From Bacilli bacterium (GTDB lineage Bacteria; Bacillota_I; Bacilli_A; ML615J-28; CAG-313): a stretch of 64,000 nucleotides of DNA. The stretch covers positions 10,576-74,575 of the forward strand of contig JAZOLG010000051.1 in assembly GCA_045652765.1 (NCBI GenBank). The letters are read 5' to 3'. Shown here piece by piece: positions 47,654 through 58,756 of the stretch; the stretch's first letter is position 1, and each line of letters starts with the position of its first letter. The position numbers and the translations under genes were made by a program. The notes under the pieces were generated by a model. That model was given only the letters and a program-made list of their open reading frames with translations. It did no database searches and was not told where the DNA came from.

Positions 47654-50600
47654 ACGTACAGATTTAAAAAAGATAATGGTTATTGGTTCTGGACCAATTG
47701 TTATTGGTCAAGGAGCTGAATTTGACTATGCTGGAACACAAGCTTGTTTAGCATTAAAAGAAGAAGGGTATGAAGTTATATTAGTTAACTCAAATCCAGC
47801 TACAATTATGACTGATCCAAATATTGCTGATAAAGTTTATATGGAACCACTTGATCTAGAAAATGTGGCGAAAATTATTCGTTATGAAAGACCAGATGGT
47901 TTACTTTGTTCAATTGGTGGACAAACAGGATTAAACCTTGGAATGCAACTTGCAAGAAAAGGGGTCTTAGATGAATGTCGCGTTGAGCTTTTAGGAACAA
48001 AAGCTGAAACAATTGAAAAAGCGGAAGACCGTGAACTTTTTAAACAACTTTGTATTGATTTAGGAGAGCCAATTATTGAATCAGAAATCGCAACTACGAT
48101 GGATGAAGTCTTAGCTGCAGTTGAAAAAATTGGTTATCCAGTAATTTTAAGACCAGCTTTCACATTAGGTGGAACAGGTGGTGGATTTGCAGAAAATGAA
48201 GATGAACTTATTCCACTTGCTAAAAATGCTTTAAAGATTTCTCCCGTATCACAAGTATTAGTAGAAAAATCGATAAAAGGATTTAAAGAAATTGAATTTG
48301 AAGTAATGCGTGATAAAAACAATACTTCAATAGTTATATGTTCAATGGAAAATGTTGACCCAGTTGGTATTCATACAGGTGACTCAATTGTTGTTGCGCC
48401 TGCGCAAACTTTAACTAATAAAGAATTTTCGATGCTTAGAAAATCAGCTTTAAAAATTATTAGAGGTTTAGAAATTGAAGGCGGATGTAACGTACAATTT
48501 GCGCTTGACCCATATTCTTTTAAATATTATTTAATCGAAGTAAATCCTAGAGTATCTCGTTCATCTGCTTTAGCATCAAAAGCATCAGGCTTTCCAATTG
48601 CTAGAGTTTCGGCTAAAATCGCTTGTGGTTTAACACTTGATGAAATCGATATAGCTGCGACTCCGGCATCATTTGAACCAACAATTGACTATGTTGTTAC
48701 AAAATTTCCACGTTTCCCATTTGATAAGTTTACAACAGCAAACAGAAGTTTAGCTACTCAAATGAAGGCAACTGGGGAAGTAATGAGTATTGGTAGAACT
48801 TTTGAAGAGTCACTATTAAAATCAATTAGATCACTTGAAAATAAAGTTAATCATTTAGAATTAAAATCACTAAAAGATAAAACTTTAGAAGAATTAATGA
48901 GTTTTATTGATCTACACACAGATGAAAGAATTTTCGCAATAGGTGAAGCATTTAGAAAAGGTGCATCTGTTGATGATATATATATGTTAACTAAGATCGA
49001 TAGATTCTTCTTAGAAAAATTAGTTAATATTATTAAATTTGAAGAAACATTAACAAATAATAAATTAGATATTAAAACTTTACACCAAGCTAAAAGAATG
49101 GGCTTTGCAGATTCTTATATTGGAAATGTTTGGGATTTAACTGAAATCGAAATTTATAATTTAAGAAAAGAAAACAATATTTATCCAGTTTACAAAATTA
49201 TTGATACATGTGCAGCTGAGTATGGTGCATACGTACCTTATTTTTATTCAACATATGAATCAATGAATGAATCAATTGTAACTGATAAAAAGAAAATTAT
49301 TGTTTTAGGTTCAGGTCCAATTAGAATTGGTCAAGGTGTGGAATTCGACTATACAACTGTTCACGCTATTTGGGCTATTAGAGAAGCAGGATATGAAGCA
49401 ATTATTATTAATAATAATCCAGAAACAGTATCTACTGATTATACAGTATCAGATAAATTGTATTTTGAACCATTAACATTTGAAGATGTTATGAATATTA
49501 TTGATTATGAAAAACCTGTTGGTGTCGTTGTTGCGCTTGGTGGTCAAACTCCAATTAATCTAGCGTCTCGTTTAGATAAAGCTGGTGTTAAAATTTTTGG
49601 ATCTAGTGCTAAAAGTATTGATCTAGCTGAAGATAGAGAATTATTCGAAAAAGCAATGGAAGAAATTAATATTCCAATGCCAAAAGGTTTTGGGGTATAC
49701 ACTATTGAAGAAGCAATTAACGCAGCAAATGAAATAGGATATCCAGTACTTGTTCGTCCATCATTTGTATTAGGTGGAAGAATGATGCACATTGTTTATG
49801 ATGAGGCTGTATTAGTTGAAAAAGTAAAAGAAGCTGTTTTATTTGATAATGAACACCCAGTACTTGTTGATAAATATGTAGTGGGTCAAGAATGCGAAGT
49901 AGACGCAATTTGTGATGGAACTGATGTCTTTATTCCAGGTATTATGGAACACATTGAAAGAACTGGTGTTCATAGTGGAGATAGTATGTCAGTTTATCCA
50001 CCATATTCATTAACTGATGAAGTAAAACAAATAATTATTGATTATACAACAAGAATTGGTGTTAAACTAAATATGATTGGTTTATACAATATTCAATTTA
50101 TTGTAGATAAAGAAAATAAAGTTTATATTATTGAAGTAAATCCAAGATCAAGTAGAACTGTTCCTTTCCTTGCAAAATCAACTGGAATTCCAGTTGCGAA
50201 AATTGCAACAAAAGTTATGCTTGGAACTTCACTAAAAGAACTTGGATATGTTGGTGTTGCGAAAAACAGAAAACGTTGGTACGTTAAAACTCCAACATTC
50301 TCATTCACAAAAATTGCCGGACTTGATGCCGTATTATCACCAGAAATGAAATCTACGGGTGAGGCAATTGGTTATGATTATTCGCTTAACCGTGCTCTTT
50401 ATAAATCATTAAAAGCTGCAGGTACAAGAGTAGCAAACTATGGAACTGTACTCGCAACTATTAGCGATCAAGATAAACCAGCAACACTTCCATTAATCAG
50501 AAGATTTTATAATTTAGGTTTTAATATTGAAGCAACATCTGGAACAGCAAAATTCTTAAAAGAACATGGTATCAAAACACGTGTTCGTGGTAAGATTTCT

Positions 50601-50822
50601 GATGGTAGTGAAGAAATATTAGACTCAATTAAAAAAGGTTATGTAACTTATGTAATTAATACACAATCTGAAGAACCAGGTTCTTCTAATGATGGTAGTT
50701 ACATCAGACGTGCAGCGATCGATAATAATGTTGCAGTATTTACTTGTCTAGATACTGTTAAAGTATTATTAGACGTTTTAGAAGAAATCACAATGGGTAT
50801 ATCAGTAATTGATAAGGAGTAG
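47646..50822 (+). CDS. carB: Carbamoyl-phosphate synthase large subunit
   Basis: MPKRTD start, GSGPIVIGQGAEFDY, two ATP-grasp halves, EVNPRVSRSS. Confidence 0.97.
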   Translation: MPKRTDLKKIMVIGSGPIVIGQGAEFDYAGTQACLALKEEGYEVILVNSNPATIMTDPNIADKVYMEPLDLENVAKIIRYERPDGLLCSIGGQTGLNLGMQLARKGVLDECRVELLGTKAETIEKAEDRELFKQLCIDLGEPIIESEIATTMDEVLAAVEKIGYPVILRPAFTLGGTGGGFAENEDELIPLAKNALKISPVSQVLVEKSIKGFKEIEFEVMRDKNNTSIVICSMENVDPVGIHTGDSIVVAPAQTLTNKEFSMLRKSALKIIRGLEIEGGCNVQFALDPYSFKYYLIEVNPRVSRSSALASKASGFPIARVSAKIACGLTLDEIDIAATPASFEPTIDYVVTKFPRFPFDKFTTANRSLATQMKATGEVMSIGRTFEESLLKSIRSLENKVNHLELKSLKDKTLEELMSFIDLHTDERIFAIGEAFRKGASVDDIYMLTKIDRFFLEKLVNIIKFEETLTNNKLDIKTLHQAKRMGFADSYIGNVWDLTEIEIYNLRKENNIYPVYKIIDTCAAEYGAYVPYFYSTYESMNESIVTDKKKIIVLGSGPIRIGQGVEFDYTTVHAIWAIREAGYEAIIINNNPETVSTDYTVSDKLYFEPLTFEDVMNIIDYEKPVGVVVALGGQTPINLASRLDKAGVKIFGSSAKSIDLAEDRELFEKAMEEINIPMPKGFGVYTIEEAINAANEIGYPVLVRPSFVLGGRMMHIVYDEAVLVEKVKEAVLFDNEHPVLVDKYVVGQECEVDAICDGTDVFIPGIMEHIERTGVHSGDSMSVYPPYSLTDEVKQIIIDYTTRIGVKLNMIGLYNIQFIVDKENKVYIIEVNPRSSRTVPFLAKSTGIPVAKIATKVMLGTSLKELGYVGVAKNRKRWYVKTPTFSFTKIAGLDAVLSPEMKSTGEAIGYDYSLNRALYKSLKAAGTRVANYGTVLATISDQDKPATLPLIRRFYNLGFNIEATSGTAKFLKEHGIKTRVRGKISDGSEEILDSIKKGYVTYVINTQSEEPGSSNDGSYIRRAAIDNNVAVFTCLDTVKVLLDVLEEITMGISVIDKE

Positions 50823-50824
50823 CC

Positions 50825-51553
50825 ATGAAAGATTTAAAATTAAAAATTGAAAAAAATATCCAAGTTGGTTATGACACTTATTTAATGACTTTAACTGGTG
50901 ATTTATCGGAAATTAAAAATCCAGGGGAATTTATTAATATCACAATTCCTGGATATTATTTAAGAAGACCAATATCAGTATGTGATTATAGTTCTAAACA
51001 TGTTGATATTTTATATAAAGTATTAGGTCGTGGAACAAAAGATTTGTCTTGTTTTGAAGATGGAATCTATCTTGATTGTTTAGTAGGCCTTGGTAATGGT
51101 TTTACTGTTAAAGAAAATATTAAACCATTATTAGTTGCCGGAGGAATTGGTATTGCACCACTTGTTGGACTTGCTAAAGCTTTTAATAAAATTGGTATTA
51201 AACCAACTTTAGTTTATGGTGCAAAATCTCATCAAGATATTGTCTTAAAAGAAGAACTTGAAAAGCTAACTGATTTGTATATATGTACAGATGATGGATC
51301 CCTTGGTTTTAAAGGAAATGTCATTGAATGTATTAAACATCATAACTTTGAATTTGATTATTACTATTCTTGTGGACCACAAGTTATGCTTAAATATTTA
51401 AGTTTGGCTTATCCAAATGGGTGTGTAAGTTTAGAAGCAAGAATGGGTTGTGGATTTGGTGCTTGTATGGGATGTTCTATTGAAACAACAAATGGTCCTA
51501 AAAGAGTATGTAAAGAAGGTCCAGTATTTGAAGCTAGTGAGGTGTTATTTTAA
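50825..51553 (+). CDS. pyrK: Dihydroorotate dehydrogenase electron transfer subunit
   Basis: LRRPIS, AGGIGIAP, MGCGFGACMGC...VCKEGPVF. Confidence 0.94.
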   Translation: MKDLKLKIEKNIQVGYDTYLMTLTGDLSEIKNPGEFINITIPGYYLRRPISVCDYSSKHVDILYKVLGRGTKDLSCFEDGIYLDCLVGLGNGFTVKENIKPLLVAGGIGIAPLVGLAKAFNKIGIKPTLVYGAKSHQDIVLKEELEKLTDLYICTDDGSLGFKGNVIECIKHHNFEFDYYYSCGPQVMLKYLSLAYPNGCVSLEARMGCGFGACMGCSIETTNGPKRVCKEGPVFEASEVLF

Positions 51554-52464
51554 TGGATAAATTAAAGGTAACATTTTTAGGTAAACAATTTAAAAATCCA
51601 ATTATACCAGCTAGTGGAACATTTGGATTTGGGTATGAATTTAGTGATTTATATGATATAAATATCTTAGGTAGTATTTCTATTAAAGGTACAACTCTAG
51701 AACCAAGATATGGGAATAAATTACCAAGAATTGCAGAATGTCCATCAGGTCTTATTAATGCAATTGGACTTCAAAATCCGGGTGTTGATAAAGTTGTTAA
51801 TGAAGAACTTGTTAAACTTGATGAAGTTTATAACGATCAAATCATCGCTAATGTTGGTGGACATAGTGTTTATGAATATACAGAAACAGTTAAGAAATTT
51901 AATGAATCTGATAAAGTTTTCGCAATCGAACTTAATATTTCTTGTCCAAATGTGACAGGTGGTGGCATGGCTTTTGGAGTGGATCCAGAAACAGCTCACA
52001 ACCTAGTAAAAGAAGTAAAGAAAGTATCAAACAAACCAGTTATTGTAAAACTAAGTCCAAACGTTACGGATGTTGTTCAAATGGCTAAAGCTGTAGAAGC
52101 GGCTGGTGCCGATGCTATTTCACTTATTAATACACTTGTTGGTATGCGTATTAACTTAAAAACAGGTAAACCAATTATCGCTAATGTCAAAGGTGGTTAT
52201 AGTGGACCTGGAATTTTCCCAGTAGCTCTTAGAATGGTTTACGAAGTTAGTCATGCTGTAAATATTCCGATTATTGGAATGGGTGGAATAAGTGATGCAT
52301 ATGACGTTTTAGAAATGATGTATGCAGGTGCATCTTTAGTAATGGTTGGTGCACAAAACTTAGTTGATCCATATGCATGCAAAAAAATCATCGAAGACTT
52401 ACCAAAAGTCATGGAAGAATATAATATTGAAAGCTTAGAAGAATTAATTAGGAGGGTAAAATAA
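51553..52464 (+). CDS. pyrD: Dihydroorotate dehydrogenase class 1B
   Basis: ASGTFG, NAIGLQNPG, ELNISCPN, VKLSPN, INT. Confidence 0.96.
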   Translation: MDKLKVTFLGKQFKNPIIPASGTFGFGYEFSDLYDINILGSISIKGTTLEPRYGNKLPRIAECPSGLINAIGLQNPGVDKVVNEELVKLDEVYNDQIIANVGGHSVYEYTETVKKFNESDKVFAIELNISCPNVTGGGMAFGVDPETAHNLVKEVKKVSNKPVIVKLSPNVTDVVQMAKAVEAAGADAISLINTLVGMRINLKTGKPIIANVKGGYSGPGIFPVALRMVYEVSHAVNIPIIGMGGISDAYDVLEMMYAGASLVMVGAQNLVDPYACKKIIEDLPKVMEEYNIESLEELIRRVK

Positions 52465-53150
52465 TGCGTGATGTAATTATCGCTTGTGATTTTAGTAATA
52501 GAGAAACATTACTTGAATTCTTAAAACCATTTGAAGGTTTAAATCCATATCTTAAACTTGGTATGGAAATTATTTACAAAGAAGGACCACAGCTTGTTAC
52601 TGAACTTCATAATGCAGGTTTTAAAATTTTCTTAGATTTAAAACTACATGATATTCCAAACACAGTTGAAAAAGCAATGAGAAATATTGCGAAACTTGGT
52701 GTTGAAATTACAAACTGTCATGCCGCTGGTGGAATCGAAATGATGAAAGCAGCTAGACGTGGACTAGACTCAACAGAAATGGGAAAGAAAACAGAACTTA
52801 TTGCGGTTACTCAACTTACATCTACATCACAAGAAGTTTTAGAAAAAGAATTATTAATTGAAAAACCTCTTAATGAAGTTGTAAAACAATATGCTCTTAA
52901 TGCTAAAGCAGCTGGACTTCAAGGCGTTGTATGTTCACCACTTGAAGCATCAATTATTAAAGAAATGGGATTAATTTCAGTAACACCTGGAATTAGATTT
53001 GCAGATGATGCAGCTAATGACCAAAAACGTATCGCAACTCCAGCTTTTGCTAAAGAAAATGGTTCAACATATATTGTTGTTGGAAGAAGTATTACAGGAG
53101 CTCAAGATCCAGTTGCGGCTTATCAAAAATGTGTAAAGGAGTTTTGTTAA
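52464..53150 (+). CDS. pyrF: Orotidine-5'-phosphate decarboxylase
   Basis: [30 protein letters not shown]. Confidence 0.97.
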   Translation: MRDVIIACDFSNRETLLEFLKPFEGLNPYLKLGMEIIYKEGPQLVTELHNAGFKIFLDLKLHDIPNTVEKAMRNIAKLGVEITNCHAAGGIEMMKAARRGLDSTEMGKKTELIAVTQLTSTSQEVLEKELLIEKPLNEVVKQYALNAKAAGLQGVVCSPLEASIIKEMGLISVTPGIRFADDAANDQKRIATPAFAKENGSTYIVVGRSITGAQDPVAAYQKCVKEFC

Positions 53151-53151
53151 T

Positions 53152-53796
53152 ATGAGTAAAAATCTTGCTAAAGAAGTAGCATCAAACCTTTTAAAAATTA
53201 AAGCAGTGTTCTTAAAACCAAATGATCCATTTACTTGGGCATCTGGTATTAAATCACCAATTTATTGTGATAACCGTTTAACTTTATCTTATCCTGAAAC
53301 TAGAAAAGTTGTCGAAGATGGATTAGCTGAAGTTATTAAAGAATACTTCCCAACATGTGAAGTAGTAATGGGAACATCAACAGCAGGTATTCCACATGCT
53401 GCATACGTATCTGAAATCTTAAATTTGCCAATGGGATACGTTAGAGGTGGAGCAAAAGATCACGGACGTGGAAACCAAATTGAAGGTGTTGTGCCAGTTG
53501 GAAAAAATGTTGTTGTTATTGAAGACTTAATTTCAACAGCTGGATCTTCAATCGAGGTTGTTGAAGTGTTAAGAGAAGCAGGATGTAATGTGCTTGGTAT
53601 TGCATCAATCTTCACATATAATTTAAAGAAAGGGATTGACAGATTAGCTCAAGCTAATGTTATTAATCATTCTCTTTCTAACTTCGAAACTTTAGTAGAA
53701 GTTGCTGCAGAACTTAACTATATTAGTGAATCTGATATTAAGAAAGTTTTAAAATTCCAACAAAATCCAAGTGATCCATCTTGGATGGAAGAATAA
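53152..53796 (+). CDS. pyrE: Orotate phosphoribosyltransferase
   Basis: [26 protein letters not shown]. Confidence 0.96.
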   Translation: MSKNLAKEVASNLLKIKAVFLKPNDPFTWASGIKSPIYCDNRLTLSYPETRKVVEDGLAEVIKEYFPTCEVVMGTSTAGIPHAAYVSEILNLPMGYVRGGAKDHGRGNQIEGVVPVGKNVVVIEDLISTAGSSIEVVEVLREAGCNVLGIASIFTYNLKKGIDRLAQANVINHSLSNFETLVEVAAELNYISESDIKKVLKFQQNPSDPSWMEE

Positions 53797-53804
53797 TAAG
53801 ATAT

Positions 53805-53831
53805 TGCCTATGATTGTGTCATAGGCATTTT
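53805..53831 (+). terminator. Terminator of the pyr operon
   Basis: TGCCTATGA-ttgtg-TCATAGGCA plus T-tract. Confidence 0.8.
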
Positions 53832-53951
53832 ATTTATAATACACTAGTATTGAAACAAAATCATATAAATTATTGTGTTATAATTTCTTATTAATTGAAT
53901 TATTAGGAAAATAATGTTATAATAATAACAATTAATAAATGGAGGATATTT

Positions 53952-54422
53952 ATGAAACGTAAAAATAAGAAAAAAATATTAATAATTGTTGCTTTATCAA
54001 TTGTGCTTGTTGTAGGCGTTATTTTAACAATTGGCTTTACAAGTGAATCAGCTAGACAAAAACGTGTTCTAAATAATGTAGATACATATTTAAAAAGTAA
54101 AGCATACTATGGTAAAGAAGCTGGTACAGAATATGCTATGACACTTACATTTCATAATACAGAAGAAGATAATTTGACAATTAACTTTGCGAAAGAAAAT
54201 AGTGGTTCTTATTATTTAACTTTTAAGGGATCATATCGTTTATATTTTGATGGTGACAAATTAAAAATGGAAGTTTCATACTCAGTCGATGAATTAGATG
54301 AATTAAAATTTAAAAAAGAATTATTTAATGTTAATTATAATAGAAAAGGCGAAATTACATCTTTAACTAATGTAGATGATAAAGGTCAAACTTCAGTATT
54401 AACTTTAAATGTTGAAAAGTAA
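53952..54422 (+). CDS. Hypothetical membrane-anchored protein
   Basis: Basic N-terminus, one TM helix, RBS GGAGG. Confidence 0.65.
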   Translation: MKRKNKKKILIIVALSIVLVVGVILTIGFTSESARQKRVLNNVDTYLKSKAYYGKEAGTEYAMTLTFHNTEEDNLTINFAKENSGSYYLTFKGSYRLYFDGDKLKMEVSYSVDELDELKFKKELFNVNYNRKGEITSLTNVDDKGQTSVLTLNVEK

Positions 54423-54423
54423 T

Positions 54424-54864
54424 ATGAAAAAAACATTAATTATTTTGATTTTACCAATGATTCTTTTACTTGCTAGTTGCCAAGTAAAAGATTTAAATGG
54501 TCCGGACAATTATGAACTTGCAACCTATACATTAGAAGATATTAAATCAAAAAAAATTGATTCTAACTCTAGTATTGGTAGAGTTGAATCGGGATTTCTT
54601 GATCATGGTTTTTTGAAAGTCAAAAAGTTTTCTGGTCAAAGAACTTTAGTAAAACGAAATGTTGATTTAGGTTGTAAAGTAAAAATAACATCTAATATTG
54701 AATCTGGTAATCTAGCAATATATGTTAAATGTGGTGATAATTATTATAAGATACCACTAAATACAGAATATACATATATTTATGATGATTATGAAGGATC
54801 TACATCAATTATAGTGGTTGGTGAAAGTGCTAAATTTAGAGTTGATTATAATTTTGAAAAGTAG
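54424..54864 (+). CDS. Hypothetical lipoprotein
   Basis: MKKTLII...LASC lipobox; start placed at ATG 54424. Confidence 0.65.
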   Translation: MKKTLIILILPMILLLASCQVKDLNGPDNYELATYTLEDIKSKKIDSNSSIGRVESGFLDHGFLKVKKFSGQRTLVKRNVDLGCKVKITSNIESGNLAIYVKCGDNYYKIPLNTEYTYIYDDYEGSTSIIVVGESAKFRVDYNFEK

Positions 54865-54874
54865 TGAGGCAATT

Positions 54875-55921
54875 ATGGATTTAAAATTATTAGAAAAACT
54901 ATTAACAACTCCATCAGTTTCAGGATTTGAAATTAGCATTCAAAAGATGCTAATTGCAGAGTTAAAAGATATTGATGATGAAGTTTATACACATCATAGT
55001 TATAATGTAGTACATGTTGTTAATCCAAATTCACAAGTTAAAGTAATGTTACTTGCACATATTGATGAGATTGGATTAATGATTGAACAAGTATTAGATA
55101 ATGGCATTTGTAAACTAACCAATGTCGGATCTGTTAAACCGGAAATGTATATGGGACAAAAAGTCAATGTTGTACGTTATAATTTAGATGGTACATATTC
55201 ATATGTTCCAGGTGTTATTGGATATACACCTAATTATAATAAGGGAAATGTTGAAGTCGAAGATTTAAATTTAGATTTAGGTACATCATCGAAAGAAGAA
55301 ACATTAAAACTTGTATCAATGGGAGATGTTGTAGTTCAACAAGACAGTTTCCAATTATTAGAAAATAATTTAGTATCAAGCCGAGCACTTGATGATAAGA
55401 TTGCGACATTCATCTGCACAGAAGTTTTAAAACGCATAAAAAAAGAATCAACTAATGGTGTATATTTTGCATCAACTGTTGGAGAAGAAACAACGAAACG
55501 TGGTGCAATCTTCTCTTGTTGTGATGTAACACCGACATGCGCAATCGCTCTTGATGTTGGTTCTAGTTCTGATGTGAAATATCGTGCAAGTTTTACAAGA
55601 GATGTAAAACTAGGTTCAGGACCAATGTTTACTATTTCAGCTTTTGGAAATAAAATACTTTCACAAATGTTAATTGATACGGCAATTAAACATAATATCC
55701 CATATCAACAAGTCGTAGAAGTTTCTAAAACTTGGACAGATTTTGACGAAGTATACAAATTAAACGGAGGAATCCCTTCAGATTTAATTAGTATTCCGCT
55801 TCGCTATATGCATTCATCTGTTGAAGTTGGAAGCTTAGATGATGTTCAATATATTGTGGATGTATTAGTAGAGTTTATTAAATCATTAGATTCTAATACA
55901 TCATTTGATCCATTTAAATAA
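54875..55921 (+). CDS. M42 family aminopeptidase
   Basis: PSVSGFE, AHIDEIG, RALDDK, TVGEE, IALDV, IPLRYMHS. Confidence 0.92.
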   Translation: MDLKLLEKLLTTPSVSGFEISIQKMLIAELKDIDDEVYTHHSYNVVHVVNPNSQVKVMLLAHIDEIGLMIEQVLDNGICKLTNVGSVKPEMYMGQKVNVVRYNLDGTYSYVPGVIGYTPNYNKGNVEVEDLNLDLGTSSKEETLKLVSMGDVVVQQDSFQLLENNLVSSRALDDKIATFICTEVLKRIKKESTNGVYFASTVGEETTKRGAIFSCCDVTPTCAIALDVGSSSDVKYRASFTRDVKLGSGPMFTISAFGNKILSQMLIDTAIKHNIPYQQVVEVSKTWTDFDEVYKLNGGIPSDLISIPLRYMHSSVEVGSLDDVQYIVDVLVEFIKSLDSNTSFDPFK

Positions 55922-55930
55922 TATAAAATA

Positions 55931-55971
55931 AAAGGGACTTGAATTAATTGATTTATTCAGATCCCTTTTTT
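55931..55971 (+). terminator. Intrinsic terminator
   Basis: AAAGGGA..TGAAT...ATTCAGATCCCTTT plus T-tract. Confidence 0.6.
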
Positions 55972-56049
55972 ATTTATAATTTATTAATATGTTTTATAAT
56001 TTTGCTAAAATATGATACAATATATAAGAAATAAATTAGGAGAATAAGT

Positions 56050-57636
56050 ATGAATCAGTTTAAAAAGATAATATTCACATTAATACTATTATTTTTACTT
56101 GTTGGTTGTACTCAAACAGTTGTTCCTGTTGAAATTACAAATGGTGAAAGAATAGAGCTTCATGTGGGCGAAGAAATAGATTTAGACTATGAAACTTCTG
56201 ATACTGTTACCGGAGTACCTGTATGGGTATCATCCAATGTATCTTGTATCGTTGATGATGAAGGCGTCGTAACTGGTAGAGTTCCGGGTGAGTCTATAAT
56301 TACAGTATCAGTTGGAGGATACAAAGACACTATTATTATAATTGTTTTACCAATTGATCAAGAGGAAGTAAAAGTTACTTTAAAACTTTCTGAAAATAAG
56401 ATAAAAGTAGGTGAAGTAACAGAATTAATTCCAACTGTAAATCCATCAGAATATCTTAATGAAATTGAATATGTTATTACATCTGGAAGCGAATTTGTTA
56501 CTTTAGAAAATAACTTAATTAAAGCTATTAAAGCAGGCGTGGTTGTTATTCACGCCAAAGTTAATAATTTTACAAGTACAAGTGTTCTTCTGGAAATTGA
56601 AGAAATACATCATCATCAATTTATTAATGGTGTTTGTAGTTGTGGAGAAAAAGATCCATTTTATGTAGAACATACTCACATTTATGTATATGGTATATGT
56701 TCTTGTGGAGAGGTTGATCCAAACTTTAAAGAAGATTATTTTGATGATCCATATGTAAATGTAAATAAAGAAGAGTTTTACGCGAATTATTTTCCTGCAA
56801 TGAGTTACCTAGATTCTTATTATAGAACTTTACATGGCCTAATGAGTGGTTCGATTGAAGATCAAGATCAAGAACCAACTATATCAGATGTTAGACCAAT
56901 GGAAAATGGAATGTATGTTAGAAATACAAGTTGTCTATATTCTAGTGATGGAAATACTTATTATGTTCTAGATTATAAAGGTGAAATTGTTAATAAAATT
57001 TATAAAGGTGGCGCTTATGTTGTATTAGAAGAAGTTGCGGCATATGTATTTGCCTTTGGTGATATTCCGGCTAATCACTCTGCATCGAAAAAAACGAAAC
57101 CAACAAGCTCAATTTGGGGTGAATACTTAAGAGTTAACCATACTAAATTTAGTGGTGATACAAGTAAATATCCATATGAACCAGCTTTACCAAATATTAG
57201 TGGTATCGGTGGTGATTTACAATATTACGAAATGGACATTGGAACAACAGGAACTGACTGTGATCCATCATATCCAGTAGTAAAATACAACAATGGTTAT
57301 TCGATTGAGCGTGGGGCCGCAAGAATAGTTTACGCAAGATTTGATAAAAATGGTGATTCAATTATTGATCCTAATGAAAGATACGTATTCTATACTTATA
57401 ATCATTATAATGATTTCCAAGAATATTTAAACTATGAAGGTGGATGGGGAGAAATGTTTGGAAATATTACTGGTGGTGGCACTATTTCTAGTAAATACGA
57501 TTATAACCCAACATCATATGTTCCAGTTGTTTATAAAGAATTTAATAATAAAAAGAATTTAAATGTTAATCAATTAGAAGATGAACATATATATATTTAT
57601 TTACCACTTGAAGATAAAAAATACATGTGGTGTTAG
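56050..57636 (+). CDS. Lipoprotein with Ig-like domains, Cys/His repeats and a C-terminal barnase-like ribonuclease domain
   Basis: Lipobox LVGC; Big_2-like WVSSN..VDDEGVVTG; EEVAAYVFAFGDIPANH, YYEMDI, RGAARIVY, FYTYNHYNDF match the microbial RNase pattern. Confidence 0.7.
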   Translation: MNQFKKIIFTLILLFLLVGCTQTVVPVEITNGERIELHVGEEIDLDYETSDTVTGVPVWVSSNVSCIVDDEGVVTGRVPGESIITVSVGGYKDTIIIIVLPIDQEEVKVTLKLSENKIKVGEVTELIPTVNPSEYLNEIEYVITSGSEFVTLENNLIKAIKAGVVVIHAKVNNFTSTSVLLEIEEIHHHQFINGVCSCGEKDPFYVEHTHIYVYGICSCGEVDPNFKEDYFDDPYVNVNKEEFYANYFPAMSYLDSYYRTLHGLMSGSIEDQDQEPTISDVRPMENGMYVRNTSCLYSSDGNTYYVLDYKGEIVNKIYKGGAYVVLEEVAAYVFAFGDIPANHSASKKTKPTSSIWGEYLRVNHTKFSGDTSKYPYEPALPNISGIGGDLQYYEMDIGTTGTDCDPSYPVVKYNNGYSIERGAARIVYARFDKNGDSIIDPNERYVFYTYNHYNDFQEYLNYEGGWGEMFGNITGGGTISSKYDYNPTSYVPVVYKEFNNKKNLNVNQLEDEHIYIYLPLEDKKYMWC

Positions 57637-57645
57637 GAGAAAAAA

Positions 57646-58671
57646 ATGATTAATTTAAAAAATGATTATTCAGCGATTGCGCATCCCAAAGTATTATCAA
57701 AACTAGTCGAATTAAATGATTTGACTTTTGTTGGCTATGGACTTGATGAATATACAAAACAAGCAACAAACTTAATTAAAGAAGTTATCCAATGTGAAAA
57801 TGTTGATGTTCATTTTTTAGCAGGCGGAACAATTTCTAATAAAGTTGTGATATCACATATTCTAAAACCATATGAAGCCGTAATAAGTTGTGATACAGGT
57901 CACATTAATGTTCATGAAACAGGAACAATTGAAGAATCTGGTCATAAAGTAATAACTGTGCCTAATGTTCTTGGTAAAATTCAAGTTAAGGATTTAATGA
58001 AAGTATTAAAAAGTCATACTGATGAACACATGGTAAAACCTAAAATGGTTTATATTTCTAATTCAACTGAACTTGGTACTATTTATAAATACAATGAATT
58101 AGTAGAATTATATTCTTTTTGTAAAGAAAATGGTTTGTATTTATTCATGGATGGCGCAAGACTAGGTTCAGCTTTAGCCTCAAAAGAATGTGATTACAAA
58201 ATAAAAGATCTTCCAAATTTAGTAGATGCTTTTTATATTGGTGGAACTAAAAATGGTTTAACGCATGGAGAAGCAATTGTGCTTATCAATAATGAATTAA
58301 AAACAGAATTTAGATATTCAATCAAACATTTTGGTGGAATGATTGCGAAAGGGTTCATTCTTGGTATTGAATTCTTAACATTATTTGAAGATAACTTATT
58401 TATTAAGATTGCAGAAGAAGAAAATAAACATGCTGAACATCTTCAAAAAGAATTAAAAAAATTAGGTATTTCAATGTTAATGGAATCATCAACTAATCAA
58501 ATCTTCCCGATCTTTAAAAAAGATGTGGTTGAAAAGCTAAAAGAAGAAATCTTATTTGAAACTTGGGAAGAAAGAGATGAAGATATGGTTATTCGTTTTG
58601 TAACAAGTTTTAAAACAACTAAAGAAGATGTAGATTACACATTAGATATTATAAAAAAATTAATTAAATAA
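57646..58671 (+). CDS. ltaE: Low-specificity threonine aldolase
   Basis: NDY, GGTISN, HINVHETG, TELGTIY, MDGARL, GGTKNG. Confidence 0.88.
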   Translation: MINLKNDYSAIAHPKVLSKLVELNDLTFVGYGLDEYTKQATNLIKEVIQCENVDVHFLAGGTISNKVVISHILKPYEAVISCDTGHINVHETGTIEESGHKVITVPNVLGKIQVKDLMKVLKSHTDEHMVKPKMVYISNSTELGTIYKYNELVELYSFCKENGLYLFMDGARLGSALASKECDYKIKDLPNLVDAFYIGGTKNGLTHGEAIVLINNELKTEFRYSIKHFGGMIAKGFILGIEFLTLFEDNLFIKIAEEENKHAEHLQKELKKLGISMLMESSTNQIFPIFKKDVVEKLKEEILFETWEERDEDMVIRFVTSFKTTKEDVDYTLDIIKKLIK

Positions 58672-58697
58672 ATAGAACCATTTAGGTTCTATTTTTT
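58668..58697 (+). terminator. Intrinsic terminator
   Basis: AAATAGAACC-attta-GGTTCTATTT plus T-tract. Confidence 0.8.
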
Positions 58698-58756
58698 ATT
58701 TTAAAAATTCCAATAAAAAATGAATATTATACGTTATATAAGTAGAGGTGATGAAA

